DNA of 64,000 nucleotides from Nannocystis bainbridge (GTDB lineage Bacteria; Myxococcota_A; Polyangia; Nannocystales; Nannocystaceae): NCBI RefSeq assembly GCF_028368995.1, contig NZ_JAQNDL010000003.1, positions 1,472,001 to 1,536,000 of the forward strand, read 5' to 3'. Shown piece by piece: positions 63,134 to 64,000 of this stretch (position 1 is its first letter; each line of letters starts with the position of its first letter). The notes under the pieces were generated by a model. It saw only the letters and a program-made list of their open reading frames with translations, ran no database searches and was not told where the DNA came from. The position numbers and the translations under genes were made by a program.

Positions 63134-63928
63134 TCAGCGGCGCGGGAACCACGGCACCAGCCGCGACGTCGTCCGCTGATAGTCCGCGTAGTTCGGGTAC
63201 TTCGTGCGCGTCAGCTGCTCGGTGAACTTCGTCGAGCCGTGGAACAGCAGCGTCAGCAGCACCGGGCCGACGATCGCCACGTTGACGAGGCCCGCCCCGG
63301 ACGCCACCGCGAACGCGTAGAACGTCCACCACATCGACACCTCGCAGAAGAAGTTCGGGTGGCGGGAGTAGCGGAACAGCCCCTGCGTCAGGAACTTGGG
63401 CCCGTACGCGCTGCCGCGGGCGCGCTTGGCCTCATGGAACCGCCACTGTTGTTGGTCCGCGATCGTCTCGCCCGCCAGCAGCATCAGGAACACCAGCGTC
63501 GCCAGCGTATCGAGCGCGCCCCACGGTGCGGCCGTCGGCGACGCTGCCACGTAAGCCGGCAGCGCCAGCAGCAGCAGCAGCCCGTTCTGGATGAACGCGA
63601 TGAACACCAGGGCGAACACCGCGAACAGCGGCGGCGGCAGCCGGCGGCGCAGCTCGACCCACCGATAATCCTCGCCGCCGGGCGCATAGCCGCCCTTGCG
63701 CGCGAAGTTGAAGGTCAACCGCGCGCCCCACAGCGCGGCCAGGATCGTCATCACAGTCAGGCGCGCGTCGCAGGCGGGCGCCTGCGCGGCGAACCACGCC
63801 ACATACGCGGGCGGGAGGATCGACCACACGCGGTCGACCCAAGAGTATTCGCGGGTGGCCGCGCCGAGCAGCCAGCACAGGGAAGCAGCGCCGAGGCACG
63901 CGAAGAACGCGGCGTGGAGAGGGTCCAT
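63134..63928 (-). CDS. DUF1295 / steroid 5-alpha-reductase-like membrane protein
   Basis: SWVDRVWS, WGARL, GEDYRW, ETIADQQ, GLFRYSRHPNFFCE, YADYQRTTS. Confidence 0.9.
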   Translation of the reverse strand: MDPLHAAFFACLGAASLCWLLGAATREYSWVDRVWSILPPAYVAWFAAQAPACDARLTVMTILAALWGARLTFNFARKGGYAPGGEDYRWVELRRRLPPPLFAVFALVFIAFIQNGLLLLLALPAYVAASPTAAPWGALDTLATLVFLMLLAGETIADQQQWRFHEAKRARGSAYGPKFLTQGLFRYSRHPNFFCEVSMWWTFYAFAVASGAGLVNVAIVGPVLLTLLFHGSTKFTEQLTRTKYPNYADYQRTTSRLVPWFPRR

Positions 63929-64000
63929 GCGCGGCATCCTATGTCGAAACGCGGCCACGTGCGACGAGCGCGGCGCGCGGACGGCCGTCCGTACATGGCC

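Overview
Very GC-rich DNA (about 70-75% by eye) with a typical myxobacterial, Nannocystis-like gene mix. It carries four Ser/Thr kinase genes (one with tandem kinase domains), Cys/Thr-rich lipoproteins, DUF4215/fibrinogen-like proteins, a CheB-CheR-PAS hybrid kinase and a sigma54 activator with a divergent P450. Housekeeping genes include xth, mutY, murC, murB, a BolA gene and tRNA-Arg(CCG), and there are two solitary DNA adenine methyltransferases. Three things stand out. (1) A dispersed DNA site family, a 10-bp palindrome GGACATGTCC plus a 4-bp spacer, gives CATG cores at an exact 14-bp period. It occurs in about 29 clusters, sits in most intergenic gaps, is written into coding sequence without breaking frame, and forms an 8-unit array just upstream of a large methyltransferase. 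(2) That methyltransferase looks like an in-frame fusion of a SNF2-helicase N-terminus to a truncated DISARM/type IIG-like MTase. (3) A lower-GC gene encodes four beta/gamma-crystallin motifs fused to an aerolysin/ETX-MTX2-like pore-forming domain, next to an ImuA/RecA-like relic. All calls come from reading motifs by eye; no searches were run.
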